DNA of 64,000 nucleotides, taken from contig CAVVXN010000005.1 in the NCBI GenBank assembly GCA_963752285.1, positions 1,280,001 to 1,344,000 of the forward strand, given 5' to 3'. Below are positions 46,202-56,678 of the stretch, piece by piece. Origin of the DNA: an uncultured Planctomycetota bacterium. GTDB taxonomy: Bacteria > Planctomycetota > PLA2 > JAEUHO01. Numbering within the stretch: position 1 is the first letter of the stretch; each line of letters starts with the position of its first letter. Position numbers and translations under genes: made by a program. The notes under the pieces were generated by a model, which had not been told where the DNA came from, searched no databases, and saw only the letters and a list, made by a program, of their open reading frames with translations.

Positions 46202-47647
46202 TCACCGGTCCCGGCGCACGATCGCCGCGAGCCACGGCCGGAGGACCTCCACGGTGCGCGTCGTGGCGCCCTTGCTCGCGCGGACGGCCTCCTTCGCGCG
46301 CCGTCCGACCTCCGCGGCGGCGGCGGGGCTCTCGAGCCACCCCTCCAGGGTCGCGGAGACGCCCGCCTCGTCGGGCGCCACGACGAGACCGCCGGCCTGT
46401 TCGAGCATCTCCACCTCGCCCCGGAAGTTCACGTACGAGGGCCCGATCACGGTGGGCTTCCCGAGGCTCGCGGGCTCCATCACGTTCTGGCCGCCGTGCC
46501 GGACGAGGGTTCCCCCGACGAACGCCGCGTGGGCCAGCGCGTACGCGCCTTCGAGCTCGCCGACCGTGTCGAGGAGCACCACGGCCGCGGGCGGGACCGA
46601 CGCGCCCGCCTCCAGGCGGCTCCGCCGGACGACGTCGAGCCCCTCGCGACGCACGTCGGCCTCGACGGCGTCCGCGCGGGCCGGGTGCCGCGGCGCGAGG
46701 AGCAGGCGGAACGGGCGGCCGCGCTCCGCCAGGCGGCGCGCGATCCGCGCGAGCGCGCGCTCCTCTCCGGGGTGCGTGCTGCCCGCGACGACGAGCGGCC
46801 GGCCGTCGGCGAGGTCGAGCGCGCCGATCCGCGTCGGGAGCGCCGACTCCGCGCGGAACGGCACGTTGTCGAGCTTCATGTTGCCCGTCACGTGGATCCG
46901 CGCGGGATCGACGCCGACGGCGGCGAAGCGCTCCGCGTACGCGTCGATCTGCACGCACACGGCCGCGAGGCCCCCCAGGAGCTCCCGCGCGAGGGGCCGG
47001 ACCCGGCAGAACCGCCGGCACGAGCGCTCGCTCATCCGCCCGTTCACGAGCACCACGGGGATCCGACGCGCGTACGCCGCCGAGAGGAAGTTCGGCCAGA
47101 GCTCGCTCTCGACGAGGAGGACGAGGTCGGGGCGCAGGCGGTCGAGAGCGTTTTGGACGATCCACGACAGGTCCGGAGGATAGAAGTCCACGCGCCGGTC
47201 GCCGTAGCGTTCGTGGGCGACGCGCCGCGCCGTGTCGGTGCTCACGGTGAGCACCGTCTCGAGGCCCGGGACCTCGCGCTCGAGGGCCTCGACGAGCCGC
47301 GCGGCCGCCTTCACCTCCCCCACCGACACGCCGTGGACCCAGATGCACGGGGCGTCCGACGCGCGGCGCCGGCGGCGCCGGAACCGCTCGGGGAGGTCCT
47401 TCGCGTACGCGCGCCACCGCGCGCGGGTCTTCTCCTGACGGAGGTAGCGACCGAGGGCGTACGGCGCGAGCAGCACGACGAGACCGCCGTACACCGCGTC
47501 GAGGATCCAGTGCCGCACGCGCGCGGGGACGCGGGCGAGCGCCGCGCCCGACCGCGCGGGGGGCACGGCGGACGGCTCCGGACGGCGCCGCGGCGGCGCC
47601 TGCGGCGCGGTCGAGAGGACGGGGTGCGCGGCGGCGCCTTCCCCCAT
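46202..47647 (-). CDS. waaA: 3-deoxy-D-manno-octulosonic acid (Kdo) transferase
   Basis: IWVHGVSVGE, ESELWPN, VNGRMS, TGNMK.D, AGSTHPGEE, APRHP and GGQNVMEPA. Start uncertain. Confidence 0.92.
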   Translation of the reverse strand: MGEGAAAHPVLSTAPQAPPRRRPEPSAVPPARSGAALARVPARVRHWILDAVYGGLVVLLAPYALGRYLRQEKTRARWRAYAKDLPERFRRRRRRASDAPCIWVHGVSVGEVKAAARLVEALEREVPGLETVLTVSTDTARRVAHERYGDRRVDFYPPDLSWIVQNALDRLRPDLVLLVESELWPNFLSAAYARRIPVVLVNGRMSERSCRRFCRVRPLARELLGGLAAVCVQIDAYAERFAAVGVDPARIHVTGNMKLDNVPFRAESALPTRIGALDLADGRPLVVAGSTHPGEERALARIARRLAERGRPFRLLLAPRHPARADAVEADVRREGLDVVRRSRLEAGASVPPAAVVLLDTVGELEGAYALAHAAFVGGTLVRHGGQNVMEPASLGKPTVIGPSYVNFRGEVEMLEQAGGLVVAPDEAGVSATLEGWLESPAAAAEVGRRAKEAVRASKGATTRTVEVLRPWLAAIVRRDR

Positions 47648-47649
47648 CG

Positions 47650-50241
47650 TCACGCCGAGAGGCCGTGGCACTTCTTGTACTTCTTGCCCGACCCGCAGGG
47701 ACACGGGTCGTTCCGGCCGATCTTCGGCTCGCTCCGCCGGATGGGGGCGACGGGCCCCTGGAAGCCGGGGGGCGGGCCCTCGCCGTCCGCGGCGGAGCCG
47801 CCGCCGAGCGCGTCGGACACGCCCGTCCCGCGCTCCTCGGGCGTCTGCGCCTCCGCGCCGCTCCAGCGGTCGTTCAGGAGGTCCTCGGCCTGCTTCGTGA
47901 GCCGGACCTTCAAGAAGCTCGAGGTGACCTGCTGGCGGACGGCGCGGAGCATCTCGCCGAACATCCGGTGGCCCTCGATCTTGTAGGCCACCTTCGGGTC
48001 GATCTGGCCGTAGCCCCTCAGCCCGATGCCGGTCTTGAGCCCGTCCATCGCGTGGAGGTGGTCCTTCCAGCGCGCGTCCATCGCGTCGAGGAGGAGGAAG
48101 CGCTCGATGAAGCGCATCGTGTCCTCGCCCTCCTCCGCCTCGCGACGGCGCCACGCCGACCGCACGTGCTCCACGACCCGGTGGATCGAGGCGTCGAGGT
48201 CCTGCGGATCGACCGCGTCCGCGGGTACGGGGACGCCGAAGTGCTTCGTGCACCACTCCGCGACGGACCCGGGGTCACGCGTCTCGGGCGGGGCCTGCTT
48301 GCCGAGCACGCTCACGACCTTCTCGTCGGTGACGCTCTCGATGAAACGCTCGAGCACCTCCTTCTGGTGCGCGACGTCGTTCTCGAGCAGGCTCTGCCTC
48401 AGGCCGTAGACCTCCTTCCGCTGGATGTCCATGACCTCGTCGTACTCGAGCAGGTTCTTGCGGATCTCGAAGTTGCGCGCCTCGACCTTCTTCTGCGCCT
48501 TCGTGATGGCGCGCGTCACGAGGGGCGCGGTGATCGCCTCGCCCTCCTTCATGCCCATCCGCGTGAGGAACCGCGCCACCCACTCGGGGGCGAAGATCCG
48601 CATCAGGTCGTCCTCGAGGCTCAGGAAGAACTGGCTCGAGCCCGGGTCGCCCTGGCGGCCGGCGCGGCCGCGGAGCTGGTTGTCCACGCGCCGCGACTCG
48701 TGCCGCTCGGTCCCGATGATGTGCAGGCCGCCCCGGTCGGCGACGCCGGGACCGAGCAGGATGTCCGTCCCGCGGCCGGCCATGTTCGTGGCGATCGTGA
48801 CCCGGTCCATCTGGCCCGCGCCCGCGACGATGTGCGCCTCGCGTTCGTGGTGCTTCGCGTTCAGGACCTCGTGCTCGACGCCCCGCCGGCCGAGCATCCC
48901 CGAGAGGAGCTCGGACTTCGCGATGCTCGTCGTGCCGACGAGGATCGGGCGTCCCGTCCGGTGGACCTCCGCGACCTCGTCGACCACCGCGCCGTACTTC
49001 TCCTTCTCGGTGCGGTAGATCATGTCGTCCTGCTCGGCGCGGATGAGCGGACGGTTCGTGGGCATGTCGAGGACGTCGAGCTTGTAGATCTGCCAGAACT
49101 CGCCCGCCTCCGTCATGGCGGTACCGGTCATGCCGGAGAGCTTGTCGTAGAGACGGAAGAAGTTCTGGTACGTGATCGTGGCGAGGGTCTGGTTCTCCTC
49201 GCGCGGGTGGATCCCCTCCTTCGCCTCGACGGCCTGGTGCAGACCGTCCGACCAGCGACGACCCTCCATGAGACGACCCGTGAACTCGTCGACGATGATG
49301 ATCTCGCCGTCCTTCGCCACGTAGTCGCGGTCGCGCGCATAGATGTGGTGCGCGCGCAGCGCCTGCTCGAGGAGGTGCGGCCAGTCGCTCTCGCCGGCCT
49401 CGTAGAACGAGACGCCCGCGATCCGCTCGGCCTTCTCCTGGCCCTCCTCCGTGAGCACGCACTGGTGCTCCTTCTCCTTGATCTCGAAGTCCTCGCCCGG
49501 GACGAGCCGCCGCGCGACCTGATCGGCCTCCTCGTACTGGGCCCGGTCGTCCTCGGACGGCCCGCTGATGATGAGCGGCGTCCGCGCCTCGTCGACCAGG
49601 ATCGAGTCCACCTCGTCCACGATGGCGTAGTGAAGGCGGCGCTGGACCTGGGACTCCTTGCGGATCTTCATGTTGTCGCGGAGGTAGTCGAAGCCGAACT
49701 CGCTGTTCGTGCCATACGTGACGTCGGACCGGTACTGGGGGATGCGCTCCTCGTTCGACATGGGCGCCTGGATCGCCCCCACGGTCAGGCCGAGGGCCTC
49801 GTACACCGGGCGCATCCAGTCGGCGTCGCGACGGGCCAGGTAGTCGTTCACCGTGACGAGGTGGACGCCCTGGCCCGCGAGCGCGTTCAGGTAGACCGCG
49901 AGCGTCGCGACCAGGGTCTTGCCCTCGCCGGTCACCATCTCGGCGATCATGCCCTGGTGGAGGGCCCAGCCGCCGATCAGCTGCACGTCGTAGTGCCGCT
50001 GCCCGAGCGCGCGCTTGCTGGCCTCCCGGCAGGCCGCGAACGCCTCGGGGAGCAGCTCGTCCAGCGTCGCCCCGTCCCTCAGGCGGCCGCGGTACGTCTC
50101 GGTCAGGGCACGGAGGCCCGCGTCGTCCAGGCGCTGCATCTCGGGCTCGAGCGCGTTGATGCGCTCGACGATCGGGAGCACGCGCCGGATGACGCGGTCG
50201 CTGCGGCGCCCGAACAGGGCCTGGAGGAGCTTGTCGATCAT
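47650..50241 (-). CDS. secA: Preprotein translocase subunit SecA
   Basis: [46 protein letters not shown] and C-terminal [22 protein letters not shown]. Confidence 0.98.
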   Translation of the reverse strand: MIDKLLQALFGRRSDRVIRRVLPIVERINALEPEMQRLDDAGLRALTETYRGRLRDGATLDELLPEAFAACREASKRALGQRHYDVQLIGGWALHQGMIAEMVTGEGKTLVATLAVYLNALAGQGVHLVTVNDYLARRDADWMRPVYEALGLTVGAIQAPMSNEERIPQYRSDVTYGTNSEFGFDYLRDNMKIRKESQVQRRLHYAIVDEVDSILVDEARTPLIISGPSEDDRAQYEEADQVARRLVPGEDFEIKEKEHQCVLTEEGQEKAERIAGVSFYEAGESDWPHLLEQALRAHHIYARDRDYVAKDGEIIIVDEFTGRLMEGRRWSDGLHQAVEAKEGIHPREENQTLATITYQNFFRLYDKLSGMTGTAMTEAGEFWQIYKLDVLDMPTNRPLIRAEQDDMIYRTEKEKYGAVVDEVAEVHRTGRPILVGTTSIAKSELLSGMLGRRGVEHEVLNAKHHEREAHIVAGAGQMDRVTIATNMAGRGTDILLGPGVADRGGLHIIGTERHESRRVDNQLRGRAGRQGDPGSSQFFLSLEDDLMRIFAPEWVARFLTRMGMKEGEAITAPLVTRAITKAQKKVEARNFEIRKNLLEYDEVMDIQRKEVYGLRQSLLENDVAHQKEVLERFIESVTDEKVVSVLGKQAPPETRDPGSVAEWCTKHFGVPVPADAVDPQDLDASIHRVVEHVRSAWRRREAEEGEDTMRFIERFLLLDAMDARWKDHLHAMDGLKTGIGLRGYGQIDPKVAYKIEGHRMFGEMLRAVRQQVTSSFLKVRLTKQAEDLLNDRWSGAEAQTPEERGTGVSDALGGGSAADGEGPPPGFQGPVAPIRRSEPKIGRNDPCPCGSGKKYKKCHGLSA

Positions 50242-50343
50242 GCGATCCCTGGGAGTCCGCGGGCGGGAGCCGCGGGAGAACGGACGAGCGTAGCAGTCCC
50301 CTGGGGCGACGCCAGCCCGGCGAGCGGGCCCCTCGCCGCCTCC

Positions 50344-51306
50344 TCAGGTCGCGTCGCGGGGATCCTCGAGCGTCCCGATCACGTCCCCGACGCGGGTCGC
50401 CCCGAGCGCGGCGACGCGCGGCGCGAGCCCCTCGAGGACCTCTACCGCGGCGCACGGGTTCACGTAGTTGGCGGTGCCGACCTGGACCGCGGTCGCCCCC
50501 GCGACGAGGAACTCCATCGCGTCGTCGGCCGTCGAGATGCCGCCGATCCCGATGATGGGCGCGCGGAGCGCGCGCCAGAGGTCGCGCACGATCCGGAGCG
50601 CGATCGGCTTGATGCACGGGCCGGAGAGCCCCCCGACGCCGCGGCCGAGCACCGTCTTCCGCCGGCGCCAGTCGATCGCCATCCCCACCACGGTGTTGAT
50701 CGCGCTGATCGCGTCCGCGCCGGCCTCGAGGGCCGCCTCGGCGACGGGTCGTGGGTCGGTGACGTTCGGCGAGAGCTTCGCGAACAGCGGCCGGTCCGTG
50801 ACGTCCCGCACGCGGCGCACGACGTCGCGCGCGGCGTCGGCGGTGGTGGAGAAGTCGAGGCCGCCCGCGACGTTCGGACACGACATGTTGAGCTCGAGGG
50901 CGGCGATGCCGTCTTCGCGCTCGAGCCGCGACGCGAGGTCCGCGAAGCCCTGGCGGTCCTCGCCCGCGATGTTGATGACGACGGGCGTCCCGAGGGTCCG
51001 GAGCAGCGGGAGCACCTCGGCGCAGTAGGCCTCGACGCCCGGGTTGGGGAGCCCGATCGAGTTGAGGAGCCCCCCGGGCGTCTCGGCGAGCCGCGGCGCG
51101 GGGTTCCCGGCGCGCGGCGCCTTGGTGATCGTCTTCACGACGACGAAGCCGAGGCGGCTCACGTCGTAGAACGACTGGAACTCGAGCCCCTTCCCGTACG
51201 TTCCCGAGGCCGTCCCCACCGGGTTGTCGATCCGGAGGGACCCGATCCGCACGCCGAGGTCGACGTCGTCCGGCGCGGACGGGAGGGGGCCCCGGGGGTC
51301 GCTCAC
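50344..51306 (-). CDS. pyrD: Dihydroorotate dehydrogenase (family 1B catalytic subunit)
   Basis: NPVGTASG, LNSIGL.NPG, ELNMSCPNV, KLSPN, AINT and GGLSG; GTG 51306 overlaps the lspA stop. Confidence 0.93.
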   Translation of the reverse strand: MSDPRGPLPSAPDDVDLGVRIGSLRIDNPVGTASGTYGKGLEFQSFYDVSRLGFVVVKTITKAPRAGNPAPRLAETPGGLLNSIGLPNPGVEAYCAEVLPLLRTLGTPVVINIAGEDRQGFADLASRLEREDGIAALELNMSCPNVAGGLDFSTTADAARDVVRRVRDVTDRPLFAKLSPNVTDPRPVAEAALEAGADAISAINTVVGMAIDWRRRKTVLGRGVGGLSGPCIKPIALRIVRDLWRALRAPIIGIGGISTADDAMEFLVAGATAVQVGTANYVNPCAAVEVLEGLAPRVAALGATRVGDVIGTLEDPRDAT

Positions 51307-51860
51307 CCGGGCCTCGCGACGTCGCCCGCCGCGCGGCGCGCCGCCCGGCGGCGTCCGAACGTCTCCTCCCAGAGGATCGTGGCGACGCCGACGACGATCA
51401 GGCTGTCCGCCAAGTTGAAGTTGGGCCACTCGAACCGGCCCACGTAGACGAGGAGGAAGTCGCGCACCTTCCCCCACTGGTGGCGGTCGTACAGGTTGCC
51501 GAGCGCGCCGGCGAGCACCATCCCGAGGCCGACGTGGAGCAGGACGCTCGTGCGTCGCGTGGCCAGCAGCCACACGAGGAGGGCCACGGTCGCGAGGATC
51601 GTGAACAGGAGGATCGGGTCGGTGTGCCCTCCAAAGAGCCCGAACGTCACGCCTTCGTTGTACGTCCCCTCGAGCGCGATGAAGTGCGGGACGATGTCGA
51701 TTCGCCCGAACGGTCCCGCGCCGGGCGACGGGTTCATGTCGAGGAGGCGCGCCATCCACGCCTTCGTCACGAGGTCGCCGGCGACGCCCGCTACGAGGAT
51801 CGCCAGGGCGAGGACCTTCAGTCGGAGGAGCCGCCTCCGCTCGGTCCCGGGCTCGCTCAC
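51303..51860 (-). CDS. lspA: Lipoprotein signal peptidase II
   Basis: DLVTK, YNEGVTFG, GALGNLYDR, VRDF and WPNFNLADS; GTG 51860. Confidence 0.93.
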   Translation of the reverse strand: MSEPGTERRRLLRLKVLALAILVAGVAGDLVTKAWMARLLDMNPSPGAGPFGRIDIVPHFIALEGTYNEGVTFGLFGGHTDPILLFTILATVALLVWLLATRRTSVLLHVGLGMVLAGALGNLYDRHQWGKVRDFLLVYVGRFEWPNFNLADSLIVVGVATILWEETFGRRRAARRAAGDVARPG

Positions 51861-52363
51861 GCCCCCCCCTGACGCTCCTCGAGCTCCTTTTGCACCACGC
51901 AGAGTCGCGCGTAGGGCACGGCGTCGAGACGGCCCTTCGCGATCCACGGGCACGTCGGGCAACGGTCGGGCGACCCCTCGACGGGCTGGGCGTCGGCGCA
52001 CGCCTCGCAGAGGCCGTACGGGAGCTCGCCGCGGCCGTCGATCTTGTCCAGGGCGTCCATGATGTCGCGATAGAGCTCGGACTCGCCCTCGAGCAGGGCG
52101 AGCGAGAAGTCCTGGTCGAAGTTGTCGGTGCCGTGGTCGGCCATGTGATCGACCGAGTAGTCCTGCCCCGACGACTTGAGCGCCTCGTCGGCGAGCTTCT
52201 GGCTGCTCTGCAGGATGCGCGCCCGCAGGTGGAGGAGCGCGTCGCGGTACCGCCGGAGCTCCGCCTTCGTGGGACCGCCCTTGGGCCAGCGGCGACGCGC
52301 TCCGTTCGAAGAGGACGGGGCGCGGTCCGGGGTGGCTTCCGGATCGGACTTCTTCGGCGGCAT
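51857..52363 (-). CDS. DksA/TraR family protein with atypical Cys finger
   Basis: Coiled coil with HMADHGTD tip, then ALDKID...YGLCEAC and RLDAVPYARLC. Confidence 0.88.
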   Translation of the reverse strand: MPPKKSDPEATPDRAPSSSNGARRRWPKGGPTKAELRRYRDALLHLRARILQSSQKLADEALKSSGQDYSVDHMADHGTDNFDQDFSLALLEGESELYRDIMDALDKIDGRGELPYGLCEACADAQPVEGSPDRCPTCPWIAKGRLDAVPYARLCVVQKELEERQGGA

Positions 52364-52586
52364 CGCCCCTCCGTGGTGTCGGAGGCCGCGCCCGCGGCGA
52401 GACCGATGGACGTGGCTCCGGCGTAGAAGGCGCGGGAGCATACCCGTGCCCATTGGGACGGTCAATCCGCGCGATGGGCGCCTGGAAACCGGGTTCTGCG
52501 CCTCGGGTGGACGCGTCCCGAGGACCGCGCCGCGCCCCGGCGCTCAAGGTCCGTCGCCCCGCGACCGTTCTCCTCACTGGGGGCCC

Positions 52587-53486
52587 ATGCGACGTCACCG
52601 CATCGACGATCTCGCGCGCGCGTGGCAGGACCACCTGGCCGTGGAGCGCGGGCTGTCCCCCCACACGCTCGCGGCCTACCGGCGGGACCTCGCCTCCGTC
52701 CTCGAGGGCGCGGGCCTGTCGGACCGTGTTCCCCCGGCGCGCCTCGACCGCGACGCGGTGCTCCGTTGGCTCTCCCGCGCGCGCCGGGCCCGCGCCGCGC
52801 CCGCGACGACCGCGCGACGCCTCGCGGCGCTCCGTTCGTTCGTGGCGTTCCTCAACAGCGAGGGGGCCCTCGAGCGGGACCCCACCGAGGGCGTGCTCCG
52901 TTCGCGCGCCCCCGCGCCCCTCCCCCGCGTGCTGTCCCCCGACGCGGTGCGCACGCTCCTCGCCTCGATCGACGGCGGTCGCGCGATCGACCTCCGGGAC
53001 CGCGCCTTGCTCGAGGCTCTCTACGCGACCGGCGCGCGCGTGGAAGAGGCGTGCGGATGGCGAGACGACGACCTCCGGCTGGACCGCGGCGTCGTACGCT
53101 GCTTCGGCAAGGGAAGAAAGGAGAGGTGGGTGCCGCTCGGCGCCCCCGCCGCGCGCGCGGTCCAGCGGTGGCTGGCCCAGGGCCGACCGGCGTTCGACCG
53201 CGGCGCGTCGGCCCACGTGTTCCTGTCGCGAGGCGGACGGCCTCTCGACCGCCATCGCGTCTTTCGGATGCTCGGCGCGCGCGCCGCGCGGGCGGGGCTC
53301 GCGAGCCGCCCTTCGCCCCACGTCCTCCGCCACTCGTTCGCGACGCACCTCCTCGCCGGCGGCGCCGACCTCCGCGCGGTGCAGGAGCTCCTCGGCCACG
53401 CGAGCGTGAAGACGACGCAGGTCTACACGCACGTCGAGTCGGACCGGCTGAAGGCGGTCCACCACAAGCACCACCCCCGCGGCTGA
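52587..53486 (+). CDS. xerD: Tyrosine recombinase XerD-like
   Basis: ERGLSPHT..AYRRDL, YATGARVEE, GKGRKER, SPHVLRHSFATHLL, LLGHAS..TTQVY and HHPR. Confidence 0.85.
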   Translation: MRRHRIDDLARAWQDHLAVERGLSPHTLAAYRRDLASVLEGAGLSDRVPPARLDRDAVLRWLSRARRARAAPATTARRLAALRSFVAFLNSEGALERDPTEGVLRSRAPAPLPRVLSPDAVRTLLASIDGGRAIDLRDRALLEALYATGARVEEACGWRDDDLRLDRGVVRCFGKGRKERWVPLGAPAARAVQRWLAQGRPAFDRGASAHVFLSRGGRPLDRHRVFRMLGARAARAGLASRPSPHVLRHSFATHLLAGGADLRAVQELLGHASVKTTQVYTHVESDRLKAVHHKHHPRG

Positions 53487-53528
53487 TCCGGCCGGAGGCG
53501 CCCCGGCCGGGGCGTACGATCGACCGGG

Positions 53529-55367
53529 ATGAGCGCCGCCTCCGCCCGACTCGAGACGCTTCGGGCTCGCGCCCGGCGGCTCCCGACCGGTCCGGGCGTG
53601 TACGTGTTCGAGGACGAGGCGGGCCGCGTGCTCTACGTCGGCAAGGCGTCCAACCTCCGGACGCGGGTCGCCACCTACCTCCGCGGCGGCGACGAGCGCC
53701 CCCTCGTCCGGCTGCTCCTCCGCCGGGCCGCCGACGTGCGGGTCGTCAGCACGGGCACGGCGGAAGAGGCGCTGCTCTACGAGAACACCCTCATCAAGAA
53801 GGAGAAGCCGCCCTACAACCTCAGGCTGAAGGACGACAAGTCGTACCTGCTCGTCCGCGTGGACCGGAGCCACGCGTTCCCCCGACTCTCCCTCGTGCGC
53901 CGTGTCAAGAAGGACGGCGCGCTCTACCTCGGCCCCTTCGCGAGCGCAAAGGGGATCCGCCGCACGCTCCGCTTCCTCCGCACGATGTACCCGCTCCGCT
54001 CGTGCTCGGACCGAGAGCTCCAGCAGCGGACCCGTCCTTGCCTGTACCACCAGATCGGCCGCTGCGCGGCGCCGTGCGTCGGCCGGATCGACGAAGCGTC
54101 GTACGCCCGGCTCGTGGAGGAGGCCGTCGCGGTGCTGCGCGGGCGCGGGCGGGCGATCGCGAAGCGGCTCCAGGAGGACATGGCCGCGGCCTCGGCGGAC
54201 CTCCTCTTCGAGCGCGCCGCGGTCCTCCGCGACCGGCTCGCCGCGCTCGATGCGTCGCTCGAGCGACAGGACACGGTCCACGTGGACGGGCAGGACCGCG
54301 ACGTCGTGGCCCTCGCCGCGGCGGGCGGCGTCACGATGGTCGCCGTCTTCTACGTGCGGGACGGGCACGTCACGGCGACGCGCGCGCTCCCCCACCGGAC
54401 GACCCTTCCGCGTCGCGAGGTCCTGACCACGTTCCTCTCGCTCTTCTACGCGAACGGCAAGATCGTCCCGCCCGAGATCCTCGTCGGCGAGGAGCCGGTG
54501 GACCCGGAGGGCCTCGCGGAGGCGCTCTCGGCGGTGCGCGGCGCGCCGGTCGTCGTCCGGACGCCGCAGCGGGGCGCGGCCCGCGCGCTGCTCGACCTCA
54601 CCCGGCGCCACGCCGAGGAGGCGCTCGCCGAGCACTCGGCGCGCGCGAAGGAGGCGCACGCGGCGCTGGAGCGGCTGGCCGAGGTGCTCGACCTCGCGGG
54701 GCCCCCGGAGCGGATCGAGGGCTACGACCTCTCCCACTGGATGGGCGCGGAGCCGGTGGCCGCGATGTCGGTCCTGGTCGGGGGCGTCGCGGATCCGTCG
54801 CGATACCGTCACTTCGCCGTCCAGGGGGCCGCGGGCGGCGACGACTACGCGGGCATGCGGGAGGTCCTCGTACGGCGCTTCGCGCGGGGCGAGGCGCTCG
54901 GCGCGTGGCCCGACCTCGTGATGGTGGACGGCGGCCGCGGGCAGGTCGAGGCCGCACGTCGCGCGCTCTCGGACGTGGGCGCGCCGCCCGTCCCGGTGGT
55001 CGGGCTCGCGAAGGCGCGGCCCGAGAGGGGGATCCCCGACGAGCGGATCGTCCGGCCGGACCGCGCGGCGCCGGTGATCCTCCCGCCGACCGACCCCGCG
55101 CTCCGCCTGCTCGTGAAGGTCCGCGACGAAGCGCACCGCTTCGCTGGCCGCTACCAGAAGAAGCGCCGCCAGATGGCGATGGCGGAGGGCACGCTCGACC
55201 ACCTCAAAGGGATCGGGCCCGCGCGCCGCCGCATGCTGCTCCAGCGGTTCGGCTCGATCGCGGGGCTCCGCGCGGCGTCGTTCGAGGACCTGGCCGCCCT
55301 GCCCGGCATCGGCGCCCACCGCGCCCGCCGGATCCGGGACCGTCTGGCGGAGGCGGGCCCGGCCTGA
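53529..55367 (+). CDS. uvrC: Excinuclease ABC subunit C
   Basis: GIY-YIG (PGVY..LYVGKA), LKDDKSY, CLYHQIGRC, RIEGYDLSH, DDY, VDGG.GQ, RDEAHRFA and HhH GIG. Confidence 0.96.
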   Translation: MSAASARLETLRARARRLPTGPGVYVFEDEAGRVLYVGKASNLRTRVATYLRGGDERPLVRLLLRRAADVRVVSTGTAEEALLYENTLIKKEKPPYNLRLKDDKSYLLVRVDRSHAFPRLSLVRRVKKDGALYLGPFASAKGIRRTLRFLRTMYPLRSCSDRELQQRTRPCLYHQIGRCAAPCVGRIDEASYARLVEEAVAVLRGRGRAIAKRLQEDMAAASADLLFERAAVLRDRLAALDASLERQDTVHVDGQDRDVVALAAAGGVTMVAVFYVRDGHVTATRALPHRTTLPRREVLTTFLSLFYANGKIVPPEILVGEEPVDPEGLAEALSAVRGAPVVVRTPQRGAARALLDLTRRHAEEALAEHSARAKEAHAALERLAEVLDLAGPPERIEGYDLSHWMGAEPVAAMSVLVGGVADPSRYRHFAVQGAAGGDDYAGMREVLVRRFARGEALGAWPDLVMVDGGRGQVEAARRALSDVGAPPVPVVGLAKARPERGIPDERIVRPDRAAPVILPPTDPALRLLVKVRDEAHRFAGRYQKKRRQMAMAEGTLDHLKGIGPARRRMLLQRFGSIAGLRAASFEDLAALPGIGAHRARRIRDRLAEAGPA

Positions 55368-55430
55368 CGCGTGCCTCCCTTCCGGGCCCCGGAGCCGGGT
55401 ACGCTCGCCGCACCGGACGGGAGGGACCTC

Positions 55431-56396
55431 GTGACGCGTACGGACCCCGAGGCGACCGCGTGGCCCGCGCTCGACTACGCCGCCTCCGCCGACACCCTCG
55501 CCACGCTCCATCTCGTCACGCAGATCGCCGGGAAGGTGCGCCTCGTCCTCTCGCCGTGGACGAACCACGCCTGGCACGTCCCCCTCTACGTCACCGCGCG
55601 CGGGCTCACCACCTCGCCGATCGCGCACGGGACGCGCGTCTTCGAGATCGACCTGGACCTCCTCGACCACCGTCTCGAGATCCGCACGAACGACGGAGGC
55701 ACGCAGGGCTTTGGGCTCGGGCCCCGGCCCGTGGCGGAGACGTACGCGGAGACGATGGAGGCGCTGAGGCGGCTCGGCCTGCCGGTCGCGATCCACACGC
55801 GGCCGTGCGAGATCCCCGACGCGATCCCGTTCGAGGAGGACCGCACGCACGCGGCGTACGACGCCGCCGCGGTCCGGCGCTTCCACGGCGCGCTCGTCCA
55901 GGCCGACCGGGTGCTCAAGCGCTTCCGCGCCGGCTTCACGGGCAAGGCCAGCCCCGTCCACTTCTTCTGGGGGAGCTTCGACCTCGCGGTCACGCGGTTC
56001 TCGGGGCGGCCGGCGCCCACGCACCCGGGCGGCGTCCCGAACCTGCCCGACTGGGTGGCGCGGGAGGCGTACTCCCACGAGGTGAGCAGCGCGGGCTTCT
56101 GGCCCGGGAACGCCGCGCACCCCGAGGCGGCCTTCTACGCGTACGCGTACCCCGAGCCCGACGGCTTTGCCGACACGGGGGTCGCGCCCCCGGGCGCCGG
56201 ATACGACGCGACGCTCGGCGAGTTCCTCCTCCCCTACGAGGAGGTGCGGAGGGCCCCCGACCCGGACGCCGCCCTCCTCGCGTTCCTCGAGAGCACGTAC
56301 GACGCCGCCTCACGCCTCGGCGCGTGGGACCGCGAGGCCTTCCGGCTCGGCGACCCCCGGGTCCGCTTCGCCGGGTCCGGCCCCGCCCCGGGATGA
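55431..56396 (+). CDS. DUF5996-like protein
   Basis: TLHLVTQIAGKVRL, NHAWHVPLYVTARGLTTSPI, VHFFWGSFDLAVTRFSGR and EAYSHEVSSAGFWPG; GTG 55431 after GGGAGG. Confidence 0.8.
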   Translation: MTRTDPEATAWPALDYAASADTLATLHLVTQIAGKVRLVLSPWTNHAWHVPLYVTARGLTTSPIAHGTRVFEIDLDLLDHRLEIRTNDGGTQGFGLGPRPVAETYAETMEALRRLGLPVAIHTRPCEIPDAIPFEEDRTHAAYDAAAVRRFHGALVQADRVLKRFRAGFTGKASPVHFFWGSFDLAVTRFSGRPAPTHPGGVPNLPDWVAREAYSHEVSSAGFWPGNAAHPEAAFYAYAYPEPDGFADTGVAPPGAGYDATLGEFLLPYEEVRRAPDPDAALLAFLESTYDAASRLGAWDREAFRLGDPRVRFAGSGPAPG

Positions 56397-56442
56397 CGGG
56401 CGCGCGGGGCACGGGACCCTCGTGCGGCCCGAGAATCCGCCC

Positions 56443-56670
56443 GTGGGCATCGGCGACCTGTCCTCCGGAGCGCTGTTCACCGCGCTCGTCGTGAGCTGCG
56501 TCGGGATGGGGATCTTCCTCTACGGGAAGCGCGAGCGCCGCTGGCCCCAGCTCGCCGCGGGCGTGGTCCTCATGGTGTTCCCGTACGCGGTCCCGAACGC
56601 CCTCCCGATGATCGGCATCGCGGTGGGCGTGATCGTCGTCCTCTGGTTCCTCGTCCGCGCGGGCTACTGA
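56443..56670 (+). CDS. Small membrane protein (75 aa, about 3 hydrophobic segments)
   Basis: GTG 56443; GMGIFLYGK...LMVFPY. Confidence 0.65.
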   Translation: MGIGDLSSGALFTALVVSCVGMGIFLYGKRERRWPQLAAGVVLMVFPYAVPNALPMIGIAVGVIVVLWFLVRAGY

Positions 56671-56678
56671 GGCGCGGG

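Noticed and set aside
52587..53486. Tyrosine recombinase as a prophage/integron integrase
   Set aside because: Size and motifs fit housekeeping XerD. It is flanked by dksA and uvrC, and no att sites, cassettes or phage genes were seen.
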